NCBI RefSeq assembly: GCF_902459465.1
Contig: NC_047072.1
Span: forward strand, 16,058,001-16,122,000
Direction of reading: 5' to 3'
Source of the DNA: Asterias rubens
Lineage: Eukaryota
Length of the DNA: 64,000 nucleotides
Position 1 is the first letter of the stretch, and every line of letters starts with the position of its first letter. Under the pieces are notes generated by a model that saw nothing but the letters and a program-made list of their open reading frames with translations, searched no databases and was not told where the DNA came from. This document shows positions 23,673 through 36,800 of the stretch, one piece after another. A program made the translations under genes and the position numbers.

Positions 23673-26600
23673 AAGTTGACGTCGTCATTATACTTCAACT
23701 AAGAATAAGTATTCATTAAGAATTAATAATGGTCTCTCTCTCCGACAGGCTCATCAATTATAGCTGTCCACATTAAGGGAAATTATAATAGCAATGGTTA
23801 AGTGAAATGACAGTAACTCTACATAATATTGTTAGAGTGTTTGCAAAGACTAACAAATTAGCAACAACTACATTAACAAAGTATATACAGAAATTAACTA
23901 TCCAATATGGATTACATAATGGTTCATGAGTATGTGTATCTGTTGGCAGCCTCCTATAGCAAAATGTATAGGAAGTATAGGTTTGGTTTGGCCTCTTCAA
24001 GCCACGACGGATTGTTCAGTCAGTCGATTTTAATACTTCAACTAAACACAAGGGAGTTGGAGACATATTATTCCAATCACGACTTGATGGCTCTCTTTTC
24101 ATTTGGAATACAACAGAAAATGGGAGCAGTTCAACTTCATATTGCATGAGTGTTTGTTTCTACTGCACTCAGATACTTCAAACAGTGTTTATGTTTCTGC
24201 ATATTGCTTTAAAGATTTAGTCCGTTAGTTACGTGGGTAACTTGTGTTAAAAATAAGTACAGGAAACCGTTATTATTTGAGATGGTCACTTGCTGCTAAC
24301 AAAAAGACTCGAAGTATGAACTAATGATGAAATAAATAAGTACAAACCAATTTCTTCATTTTTCAATGAAATAACTAACGATCAACTCAGATGCTAAATT
24401 TAATTTTGATGTTGTTGTTGTTGTTCATGTTGTTGTTGTTGCTGTTGTTCCCCTACTTCGTATTATATCTCGTTTTTTTTTAATCACGATGTAGTCTTTA
24501 AACATGAATTTCAGTCAAGACAGTTTATGAAGTCTTATAAGTCTTATATTATATAAGCGCACGTATCTACCAAACAAGGTACTCGAGTCGCTGAGTATAT
24601 ACAAACGTTCAGAAAGATATGGGTTATTGCAGTGATGAGTTCTGAGACCCTATATTGTTTAGACCTTATGAGGGTTTACAAGGTGTTTACGGCGGCGCAT
24701 ACAGCAGCCACAGCCAGGAACATCGGGGCGAGCCCCTTCTATTTTCGATAAGTGTACTGGTTTTTTTTTACATGCGTTACACAACACATGGGACCAACGA
24801 CTTTACGTCCCATCCAAAAGGACGAAGCAATGGTTACATGCTTAATAAGGACACAAGTGTCACGGCTGGGGATTTGAACCCACACTACTAACACTCTAAC
24901 CCTGTGTATGTGCTTGCAATATAAATACTTATCAATACACCGCCTATAATTAATAGATTTTATAAGCAAATCTAGATTCATTTCTATATAGAAGTCCAGA
25001 CCTGAAATGACATAGTCCGTCACACAAAGTTCTCAAACAAGGCAATTACTTTAATAGAGACATTTTGATAAGTGCGACTATACACGTTACATTATGTAGA
25101 ACATGAAAACCGACAGCGCAGTGCCTATTTTTTTGGAGTGGGGAATACACGAGTATAAAACCTGGACTTTGTTCCCTTTTAAATCTGCACGAATGAAAGC
25201 CTCATTTATCATCAAAACCGGCTAGCAGTAGACCTATTTGTTTTATCAAACAATTCCACTTCAAACCCGGAACATACAATGTTTCGATACTTAATTTCAA
25301 AAGTTATATTTATAAAAGCGCACAACATAAAACAAAATCAGTATTTTCGTATCAGATAATTTCCAGACATTTAGAAGTAACTTGACTGTATTGTTTGAAG
25401 TTACTTGTTATAACTTTACAAAAATCATTATGAGGTTTTCAGCAGAATGCAAACTGACATGTTCGTCTTTTTATAAAAATTTCGCAAAAAAAAAAAGGGG
25501 GTAATTCCATTAGTTTAGAAGTTCGGAACTGAAACTTCTAATAAAGCCAATACATCACTAAAGATAATTCAATGTAAAAGGTTTGTGTGGATTCCAGCCA
25601 TGAAATTGAATCAAATTCCATTCATAAACTCGTTTAGTTGTTTTGTAATTAACAATGCAACACAACCTCAGCTCATAGTCATACCCCTCAGGGTTGCTAA
25701 TACTTGATTTGTTAACTTAACAGACTTAACTTCGTTCTTTTTATAACACTTTGAGAAGAATCGGTTTTAATTCAAACAAACATTAATTTTGGACAAAGAC
25801 CCAGAAATATATTTCACTAACCGAAATCGATACTTTTGGATTTTAATATAAATTATTTTTTACGAAACCGAGACATACTCGTAAAGTAAAGCAAAGGTTA
25901 TCCATAAATGTGGCTCCATTCTTCTTCATCTTAATGTCTTATCAGGGACTATTCTTGTAAGAAAAAGAAACAGCTGAACAAGCAAACTGTACGGAAATCT
26001 TCTCACAAACATTGCTTTAGTAATTTCCTCTTCGTCAATGTCAAACAAAGCTTAAAGTGCTTCATGAATCCAGCCTTATACAAGACAGACAACTAACATT
26101 ATAAAACCTCAAGATATAAGACTGTGAGTCTTGCGACATTGAGCAATCAAACCATATAGTTCTACAAACTACCACCTTGGCATTCGGTTTAGGCTAGATT
26201 TGCAATTTGATGACAGGTTTGGTTGATAAAAAAAGGAAACATTAAATCCTGCTGACAGGAAATGGGTTTTCCAGATGGAAATGAACTTCATATCAGTCCA
26301 TTATGAAGCTTAGAGCAAGGACACGATTAACTACTTAGACGTTTGGGTTGTAGAGACGGTTTCAAATAAACAGGGGTGTAAGTGTCGGGACCATGCTGTA
26401 AATATTTGGGTTATTGGACCAGAAATTAATAGTTCCATATTCCGATAAATGATATGATCTGGTCACCTTCAAGCCTTAAAACAAAATTGTAAAGAATTCA
26501 ATTCAGTGTTTGCGTTATTGATAAGCTGAATAATACAGAAGAAGCATATTTGTTATTAAGGCAACCAGTTTTACACTCTAATAACACAGTTAACTATGAA

Positions 26601-26905
26601 CAATGTTTATCATAATAGACAAAGCATAAATGCTGTACAAACGCACTGCTCAAATAAGCATAGATTTGTTGTCAATTATGCTTACAAATGAAGACTGATT
26701 GAACAAACGAACCTCTCTCTTTGAACATTCATTGATAAAGTAGCTCAACAAGCCTGTTTATTTGTAGGGTAGGGGTACTTCAATTATCGTAATCAAGGTT
26801 TCGAAAAATCAAACTACACAGAACATAATGCACTAAAGATAAGAGTTTCACTGAAATGAGATATAGCATGTAAGGTACACTTCGCCGGAAACTGTTTAAA
26901 TTTGG

Positions 26906-27685
26906 TATTCAGTCAGCTATGTGTCTCTTTAGGTAGGTTCCTCTATTTTATTAGTCTGTTAGCTATGTGTCTCTTTAGGTAGGTTCCTCTATTTTATTAG
27001 TATTCAGTCAGCTATGTGTCTCTTTAGGTAGGTTCCTCTATTTTATTAGTCTGTTAGCTATGTGTCTCTTTAGGTAGGTTCCTCTATTTTATTAGTATTC
27101 AGTCAGCTATGTGTCTCTTTAGGTAGGTTCCTCTATTTTATTAGTCTGTTAGCTATGTGTCTCTTTAGGTAGGTTCCTCTATTTTATTAGTATTCAGTCA
27201 GCTATGTGTCTCTTTAGGTAGGTTCCTCTATTTTATTAGTCTGTTAGCTATGTGTCTCTTTAGGTAGGTTCCTCTATTTTATTAGTATTCAGTCAGCTAT
27301 GTGTCTCTTTAGGTAGGTTCCTCTATTTTATTAGTATTCAGTCAGCTATGTGTCTCTTTAGGTAGGTTCCTCTATTTTATTAGTATTCAGTCAGCTATGT
27401 GTCTCTTTAGGTAGGTTCCTCTATTTTATTAGTATTCAGTCAGCTATGTGTCTCTTTAGGTAGGTTCCTCTATTTTATTAGTATTCAGTCAGCTATGTGT
27501 CTCTTTAGGTAGGTTCCTCTATTTTATTAGTGTTCAGTCAGCTATGTGTCTCTTTAGGTAGGTTCCTCTATTTTATTAGTATTCAGTCAGCTATGTGTCT
27601 CTTTAGGTAGGTTCCTCTATTTTATTAGTGTTCAGTCAGCTATGTGTCTCTTTAGGTAGGTTCCTCTATTTTATTAGTCTGTTAG
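26906..27685. repeat. Satellite with 49-bp (A) and 46-bp (B) unit variants arranged (AB)4 then A8
   Basis: A=TATTCAGTCAGCTATGTGTCTCTTTAGGTAGGTTCCTCTATTTTATTAG; B starts TCTGTTAG. Lies ~190 bp 3' of the CDK5RAP1 stop. Confidence 0.95.
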
Positions 27686-27878
27686 TGTTGGCAACTTCAA
27701 TCAGTACACTGACAATGGCTAAGAGATACATTAGAATAAGTACCTCCAAGAACCCGCAGAAAGATAGAAGGTAAACTTGCACTACTAAATCACAGAAGAG
27801 TATATAACTTAAGACAATTTATTGATACCAACCCTCTCCATACTGACCTATCATTTTTTCACTTCTATCTTAGAATCG

Positions 27879-30800
27879 CTAACTGCTGTGCCTTGTAAAC
27901 ACATCTACATGTACATCCTGACTGTGAAACTCTTTAATGGTCGTATGATACAACGGTGTCCCCTTCAACACCTGTGAATTGCAACTCCCAATCTGAAAAC
28001 AAATCAACAAAATCATCATCAATTAGCATCCAGCATTTGTTTTTCAAGTCAAATTAAAGCAGCATTTACTTCCACACTTAAGGAAGCAACAAAAGTAGGC
28101 CTACAGTAAATATCAATGTGGAGGCAGGTTTAAAAAAGCGAGGCATGTCAAGGAACAGCCTATAAAATGAAGAACCCCCCCCCCCAGATATTATAGACAA
28201 ATTGCTGTAATTCTGAGCAACACTGCAATCATGACAGCCCCATCAAAATGTCTTAGCTGATCTATTTATAACAGGAAATACTGTCTCAAACATGTTCATA
28301 TCTTGCCCATCATTATACAGTGTACTTTATTGTTGCATATAAGGACACAAATGTCACGACTGGGACTTGAACCCACACTCTGCTGATCAGAAACACCAGA
28401 GCTCAAGTCCAGTGCTCTTCCCTACATTTGTTAAGGGTACAACCTTTAAGGTTGTACCCTTAACAAATATAGAAAGGTCACCACTTTAATAACTTGCACA
28501 AACAGAAACAAACTTTCTGTATTTTATAAGAAGCTTAAGTTATCTTTGGTTGAAGGATTAGTCAAGAATAGCATGGTCATTAGTTATTGATTAACTTATA
28601 TTGACTTACATGTACAGCCACGTAATCACCAGGTTTGATTGACTTCAAAGTAGATGTATTAAGACCATATGGAACCTTTATATCAGGTAGGATGACTTTA
28701 ATGTAACCATCATTCCGACCAACAAGATCATTATCAGATCTCTTACTGACCTAAATGATAGACAAACAAAAACAACATTAGGTTAACAGAAGCATGTTAT
28801 CACACGTTGTGTTTGTTTGGTATGTTTTGTGGAAGACAAAACAGAGCCTTGGGCTGGCAGAATGTCATTTGCTCAAAACAGAATTTGGAACTTGCAGAAA
28901 CAAAAACAGAGCTTGAAACTTGCAGAATGTTCTGTGTACTACAATGACTATTGTCTTCATTCAGGACTCCGTTCTTCTACCGATAAAACTCAGCTTAACA
29001 CTCATGAATCTAGATTAACTTAAGGCAAACATGCCTTCTCACACTCTGCTGCTGAACTTTGGAACACTCTCCCAATTAATGTCCGTAAATCTTCTTGTGT
29101 TTTTACTTTTAAGAAAAAACTTAAAACTTATCTCTTTCCTAAAAGGTAGATTAATGATTTGTTTCCTGCAAGTTTTAGTTTAGCCTTTTCTTTGTTATGC
29201 GCTTTGATCAAGTTTTGGAAAAGCGCATTATAAATACCCTTTTTTTTCGTTCCATACTTTAATCCACAGAGCATACTAAATAAAACGAGCTGATTATTAT
29301 GTTCAGTTTGTTAATCTTCATAACCATTGGATGTCCTCACTTTCTACATCATTAAATATTCCCTGAAACGCTGTGGCAAGGATCATTTTAAAACAAGAGG
29401 ATATTTGCTGAACTTAAATATGAAATATACAAAAAACTCTGATGATAAGTGATTTCAACTGAAGAAGCCAAAGGTGATGTACTTTATAATGGAGAAACAC
29501 AATACAATGCAATAAAGGCTTCAATACATAGTGATAAACCGATGAGAGCAGTCAATTACATTACAATACTGATGGACTTTCCTGTTGACTTCCCTCTACT
29601 CAAATTATTCAATTTCATTTCCTCTTCTTCTCTGCACATAAATTTGTTCATATTATTGGTTTCCGAAGGTGTTATTCATCACTGGTTAGCTTGACACTCT
29701 AGCCTTAGGTCAAATAAGGAATAATCTAAACAGGTTGTGTTTACTACAAAGCATCTCATTGCCCTTGAAGTAAGGGATAATAAGAATAATAAACAGGATC
29801 TAACAAGGTCTTTCATTCAATACATATTTTTGAGTAATTTCCTCTTCTTTTCCCCTTCTGTTAATCTAAAAACATAAAGTAATGAATAGAGTAACAAATG
29901 AAGTAATGAATCTTCTTGACTTCAGCGCAATTGCACATTTCAAGACAATGACGTCATTTAGCTCTATTATCTGTAAAAGGAAATATTGCCAAATAGTTTT
30001 TCTTTTGAAAGACTTTCTCATTCAGTAACAAATAAATGAAAAAAATCTTGTTTGAATGGTTGGAAACTTTACACAAATCTGTAAAGGTTTTAATTAAAAA
30101 CATGATGATTAAAATTTAAAATTTAATTATTAGTGGAAAACCATAACCATTCAGCTGCTTCGTTTGGCTTTAATTAAACAACAGATATTACTTTCTTCAT
30201 AAGACATTTAGTTTCTAAAAGCTGATGCTCCATGTTTATGTGTTTTATGAGCTTTGATGTAATGCTTATTCATCTGTTCAATGAACTATACAACACCACA
30301 ATAAGAACAAGAATACTGAATCTGACTAGGTTGCAATCATAGACCACCGAAGCCAGGATATATTATTGTGTTTTAGTACTTCAATAAGAGTAGTATTTCA
30401 TGGCAAGATTTATGAGCATCCAAACCTACGTGTATGAAGGGCTTTAATACCCGGTACTAACTTCTACTCATTAAATATAATCTACATGTGATTTTAATAT
30501 ATTATGCTAAATTGACATCAGGGAAAAGGAAACTATTTACATTCTTAAAAACCCTGATGTTCCTTGAGCTCAGTAAACTCAGTCAGTACTTGCCTGAGCT
30601 CTGTAATAACAAGAAATCATGAACCTATTATCCCAAAGGGATTCGAACCCACAATAAAACATCTCCTCTAGAATGACAAAGGTATACGGTTCAAATCCTA
30701 CCAAGATAATATGCCAATGGATTCTATTTTCAGGGGACTTGAGGGTATTAAGTGCTCAACACACATCGATGTATGGGTAGAACATAATCTATATCATATG

Positions 30801-33800
30801 GGTGATGATATTAAAAAATCCATCAAGCGTTCCTACAAACTGAAATGTATTATGTACACGTATAGGTCAAACAAAATATATATAATAACAGTATGTGTGG
30901 AGTCAATGGTCAAAACAAAGTAATTTTATAATATTGGCAAGGAAGTAGAGAAAGAAAGGTTAATTGCAAACAATGCAACTTTTATACCAGCGCTCCTTCT
31001 TTGTTACTAAATGAAATTTCACAAAACCTTTTCCTGTTTGTGCATCTTGTTTCCTACGACTTGCGTTTATTGCTTTATTATTTCAATTCCTAGACCAATT
31101 CTAGTTCCTCAACCTTGGTTTCAACCTGTATACCTCCAGTAAAATCAGGTTTTTATTATAACACAAAAGCAGCCAACATCCGCTGAGAGCGAAGTGTTGC
31201 AATTAACACACTCCTTGCATTCCTTATACAGGTTGTTAGTGGCGTCTATTAGGAAAGCAATTCTAGCAACCTCAATCTCACATCAACTTCAATAACACGC
31301 ATCATCACCTTCAAATCATTTCTAAATCACCGAGTTTGCTTTTGGTTCCCGACGGTACACACACTGATCAATCTAGCTGGACTTTCCAGCACGCATGCTC
31401 TGCCTAATGCAATGAGATTACAAGTACGTTTTATGCTTAACTTCAGTCATTTTAATAAAAGCAAGAGGTTTGAAGGCAGTGTAATCACTCTCAAAATTAA
31501 TGGCAATCAAAATAATTATTTGGTTAGAAGTCTACAGCAGCTTTCGAAAGTCTAAAGCATTTGGAGAAACGTTTCACTTTGAAGTAATGGATTATAAGAC
31601 AAGATAATAGTTTGTATGCCCCAAAGTTTGAATCTAAGAAGCATGACTGTCAGTAACACTTCTCAGATTGTGTACATGTATTCCTATTACTGATTATTCT
31701 TCCTGCATGGACATTTCAATCTAGATGTTTAACATTATCTAGAAACGCAACACCTTTTGTAATAAAATGTTCACACATGTATAAAGCATTAAAGCTCAAA
31801 CAGGTCCAAAAACCAAATGTAGACCTTGCCTTCAGGAGTTATGAACTGTAATATGTAGACCTTGCCTTCAGGAGTTATGAACTGTAATATGTAGACCTTG
31901 CCTTCAGGAGTTATGAACTGTAATATGTAGACCTTGCCTTCAGGAGTTATGAACTGTAATATGTAGACCTTGCCTTCAGGAGTTATGAACTGTAATATGT
32001 AGACCTTGCCTTCAGGAGTTATGAACTGTAATATGTAGACCTTGCCTTCAGGAGTTATGAACTGTAATATGTAGACCTTGCCTTCAGGAGTTATGAACTG
32101 TAATATGTAGACCTTGCCTTCAGGAGTTATGAACTGTAATATGTAGACCTTGCCTTCAGGAGTTATGAACTGTAATATGTAGACCTTGCCTTCAGGAGTT
32201 ATGAACTGTAATATGTAGACCTTGCCTTCAGGAGTTATGAACTGTAATATGTAGACCTTGCCTTCAGGAGTTATGAACTGTAATATGTAGACCTTGCCTT
32301 CAGGAGTTATGAACTGTAATATGTAGACCTTGCCTTCAGGAGTTATGAACTGTAATATGTAGACCTTGCCTTCAGGAGTTATGAACTGTAATATGTAGAC
32401 CTTGCCTTCAGGAGTTATGAACTGTAATATGTAGACCTTGCCTTCAGGAGTTATGAACTGTAATATGTAGACCTTGCCTTCAGGAGTTATGACCTGTAAT
32501 ATGTAGACCTTGCCTTCAGGAGTTATGAACTGTAATATGTAGACCTTGCCTTCAGGAGTTATGAACTGTAATATGTAGACCTTGCCTTCAGGAGTTATGA
32601 ACTGTAATATGTAGACCTTGCCTTCAGGAGTTATGAACTGTAATATGTAGACCTTGCCTTCAGGAGTTATGAACTGTAATATGTAGACCTTGCCTTCAGG
32701 AGTTATGAACTGTAATATGTAGACCTTGCCTTCAGGAGTTATGAACTGTAATATGTAGACCTTGCCTTCAGGAGTTATGAACTGTAATATGTAGACCTTG
32801 CCTTCAGGAGTTATGAACTGTAATATGTAGACCTTGCCTTCAGGAGTTATGAACTGTAATATGTACACCTTGCCTTCAGGAGTTATGAACTGTAATATGT
32901 AGACCTTGCCTTCAGGAGTTATGAACTGTAATATGTAGACCTTGCCTTCAGGAGTTATGAACTGTAATATGTAGACCTTGCCTTCAGGAGTTATGAACTG
33001 TAATATGTACACCTTGCCTTCAGGAGTTATGAACTGTAATATGTAGACCTTGCCTTCAGGAGTTATGAACTGTAATATGTAGACCTTGCCTTCAGGAGTT
33101 ATGAACTGTAATATGTAGACCTTGCCTTCAGGAGTTATGAACTGTAATATCAAAGCTTTTCTGAAACTGTTGGCCGAGGCAAAAAACATTTATTTTTACT
33201 TCATAATATTTGAAGCACAAAACTAACCAATTTGGCATTACAATACAATACAATACAATGGGTTTTTTATATCGCGCCATTTCATTTAGACCACAGCGCT
33301 TTAAACGAACAATAGCAATGCAGATAATACAACAAAATGAACAATAAAGCAATAAACATACACTAAGGACAAGGATGTTTTTTAAGTGCTTTCTTGAAAA
33401 TAGGCAGTGAAATTGAGGTGCGTATTGTGATGGGAAGATGGTTCCACAGTCCTGGAGCGGCTAAGGAAAATGATTTAGATGCAGCGGATTGAAGAGATTT
33501 GCTGCTTGGTTTATTTTCAGCAAGACGGGTTTTGTCTGATGCTGAGCGAAGCCCAGCCCTAGTTTGAATGTGACCAGAAAAACAAGATTAAAGATATGCT
33601 GGTGCAAGTCCATTTAAGCATTTATACACATGCACCAATATTTTGAATTGAATGCGCTCTTTCACCGGGAGCCAATGTAGCTTTTTAAGAAAAGGAGTTG
33701 CATGATCATGTTTAGAAGCACAAAATATTAGTTTGGCAGCCCAATTCTGAAGATGTTGAAGTCTATTAATTTGAGTTGTGTTAGCTCCAAGTAAAAGTGC

Positions 33801-36800
33801 GTTGCCATAGTCCAATCGTAATAAATAAAATAATAATAATAAGACTTATAATGCGCACATATCCACCCTGCTGGGTGTTCAAGGCGCAGTAAAAAAAAAA
33901 AAAAAAAAAACACAACACAAAGAAAAACAGAAACAACAAAATTAGTCATTGAAAACCTGTGACATAAGATAAATTTTGAGAAGAGACTTGAATGTTGCGG
34001 TACAAACACAAGATCAAAGATTAAGTGGTAGAGAGTTCCAGATGCGTGGCGCGGCTGAAGAAAAAGACCTGTCACCCCATGAGTGTCGAGACTTGGGTTC
34101 AATGAGGAGAAGCATGGAACTTGATCAAAGATTCCTTGATGGAGTGTAAACTTGAAGCAGTTCAGAAATATAGTGGGGAGCCTTGCCATTAAGAGCTTTG
34201 TGGACAATGAGCATCAGCTTGAAGATGATTCGTTGAGAGATAGGGAGCCAGTGTAGTTGTTTCAGAATGGGGGTGATAGCACAGGATTTTCTAGACAGTG
34301 TCACAATGCGGGCAGCAGTATTTTGGAGCCGTTGAAATCGGGAAATCTGGTTGTTAGGAAGACTGTAGAGAAGAGCATTGCCGTTGTCAAGACGAGAAGT
34401 AACAAATGCGTGAATGACCTTTTCAGTGGCACTTTTGTCCAATGTAACACTGCTACATGTGTCAACGTCTAGAAACCTTCTTATACGTGTAATGTTACGC
34501 AGATGGTATGACACAGACCTAGACAATGATGTTATTTGTGGAGACATAGACATAAGATTGTCAAAGTCAATGCTAAGGTTCCGAACAGTTTTAGTGGGTG
34601 TGATAATTTCATCTCCAATTTGCAGTTGAACACTGGGCATGAAGCGATTGAAATGAGGTGAGGTTGCAACAAAGGACTCGGTTTTATTGTTGTTCAGTTT
34701 CAACATATTTTCAGTCATCCAGGATTTTAATTCTACAATGCACTTTGCGAGCGCCTGTAAGGCAGACTGAATAGATGATGAATCCGAAGGTGTGAAACTG
34801 GTATAGATCTGAATATCATCAGCATAGATGTGATAGAGTAGATTGTTCCCCTTGATGATTCTACCAATGGGAATGGTGTAAATAGTAAAGGATTTCGGTC
34901 CAACAATTGATCCTTGCGGCAATCCATAAAGCATATCGTGTGAGGCTGAATAAGTATTGTGTATCAAAACCTGTGTTGTTCTACCACTGAAGTTAGACTT
35001 AAACCACTCAAGAGCTGTCCCTGTAATGCCAATCTCACATTCTAATCTGTTGAAAAGGACATTGTGATTAACAGTGTCGAATGCGGCACTTAGGTCTAAA
35101 AGCACCAGGAACACGCCCTTCTCATTGTGGATCATGCCCATGATATCACTTTTGACTTTCAGTAGTGCGGTTTCAGTACTATGAGACACACAATAAGCTG
35201 ACTGAAATTCCTCACCCAAACCGTTTTTAACAATGTGATCATTGATGTTGTTAATCACATGTTTCTCTATCAGCTTAGATAAGAACTTGATGTTAGCGAC
35301 AGGACGATAGTTCTTGAGTTCGTCTGGATTCAGTGACCGCTTCTTAATGAGAGGGTTGAGTACAGTATGCTTTAGAATACTTGGGAAAACGCCTGTAGTG
35401 AGAGACTTATTTATGATGCGTGTTAAAACCGGTAGAAATATGGAAACATTATCTTTAAGAAACCAATTGGGTACAGGATCCAATATACAACTTTTTGTGG
35501 CAGCTTTGTTAACAAGCTTAATAACATCTTCTTCAGACACTTGACTGAATTCAGGTAGTTTACATGCTACACAAACATTGTGGGAATTACCACCTGTTAC
35601 ACTTGACTGAACATGTTTCATACTAGAATAAATGTTAGCAACCTTCTCTTGGCAATACACTACAAAGTCGTTACTTAAATCTTGTGCACACTCATATGCG
35701 GGTAACACTTTACTTGTATTATTCAAGAGCCCATTAACAATTTTAAACAAAGTCTTTGTATCAGAAGCAGATTGCAGCTTTTCTGAAATATGCTGCTTTT
35801 AGCTTCCTCTATCCTGCAATTGACTGTTCTGTTTTGTTCAATATAAAGCTGGTGATGAACTTCTAGACGAGTCTTGCGCCACTTCTTTTCACACTTTCGT
35901 CGAATTCTGCGAGCTTCGTGTATGTTTGAGTTATACCAGGGTTGTCTAATTCTTGTTTTACGAGTTTTCATAGAGACAGGGGCAAAATGGTCCAAGGAAT
36001 TGATTGTGCATTCTTCAAATGCCTCTGTCAGACAATCGATATTATCAACTCCAGCTATAATGTTGTTAAACTTCAATTTCAACTCTTTCTGAAAGTTGGC
36101 TGTATCAATTGTGCGAAAGTTCCGATAAGTAGTAACTTGTTTTGGGTTTTCTGCTTTGTCCAGCATGAGCTGAAAATCAACAACATGGTGATCTGAAAGC
36201 CTAACACCAACTGTACAGACCATGATGAGATTGTCTTCAGGTCGAGACATGACCAAGTCCAGTGTATGGCCACATATATGGGTTGCCCCATGAACAAATT
36301 GTTGAAAACCAGCACTCTCAGCAGTTTCCAGAAAACGGGTGACGTCTGTTTTCTCCGGGCAATCGACATGAATGTTGAGGTCTCCCAACAGGACAACTTT
36401 GCCGGCTAGCGAGTTCACGCATATTAGAAAGTTCGCAAAGTCATCAAGAAACTGTGAAGTCTTCAAACCATTATTTCTGGATGGGGGAGGTCTGTAGATC
36501 AGGATATAGTAGATCTTGCGTCCTGTGTTTGAAATGATTGTGTACTCAAAAGTAGCAGATTTGAAATTGAATGGTATAATCTGAAACTTCAGGGGGCATC
36601 TGTACAAGACACCAATTCCACCATAGTTATCGGAATCTCTCGGAACATTGATGAACATATAGCCGGGAGGGCAGAGTTCCCCAATAATAACATTATCAGA
36701 GTCATTCAGCCAGGTCTCTGTTAGAAATAACGCGTCAATCCCCTTGTCTAGCACATACTCAGAACAGCTGATTGTCTTATTTCTTACTGAATGCGCATTC

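Noticed and set aside
31789-33189. 466-aa ORF of ([12 protein letters not shown])n repeats
   Set aside because: It is the stop-free frame of a 36-bp intronic minisatellite, with a non-ATG start, no splice sites and no unique flanking coding sequence.
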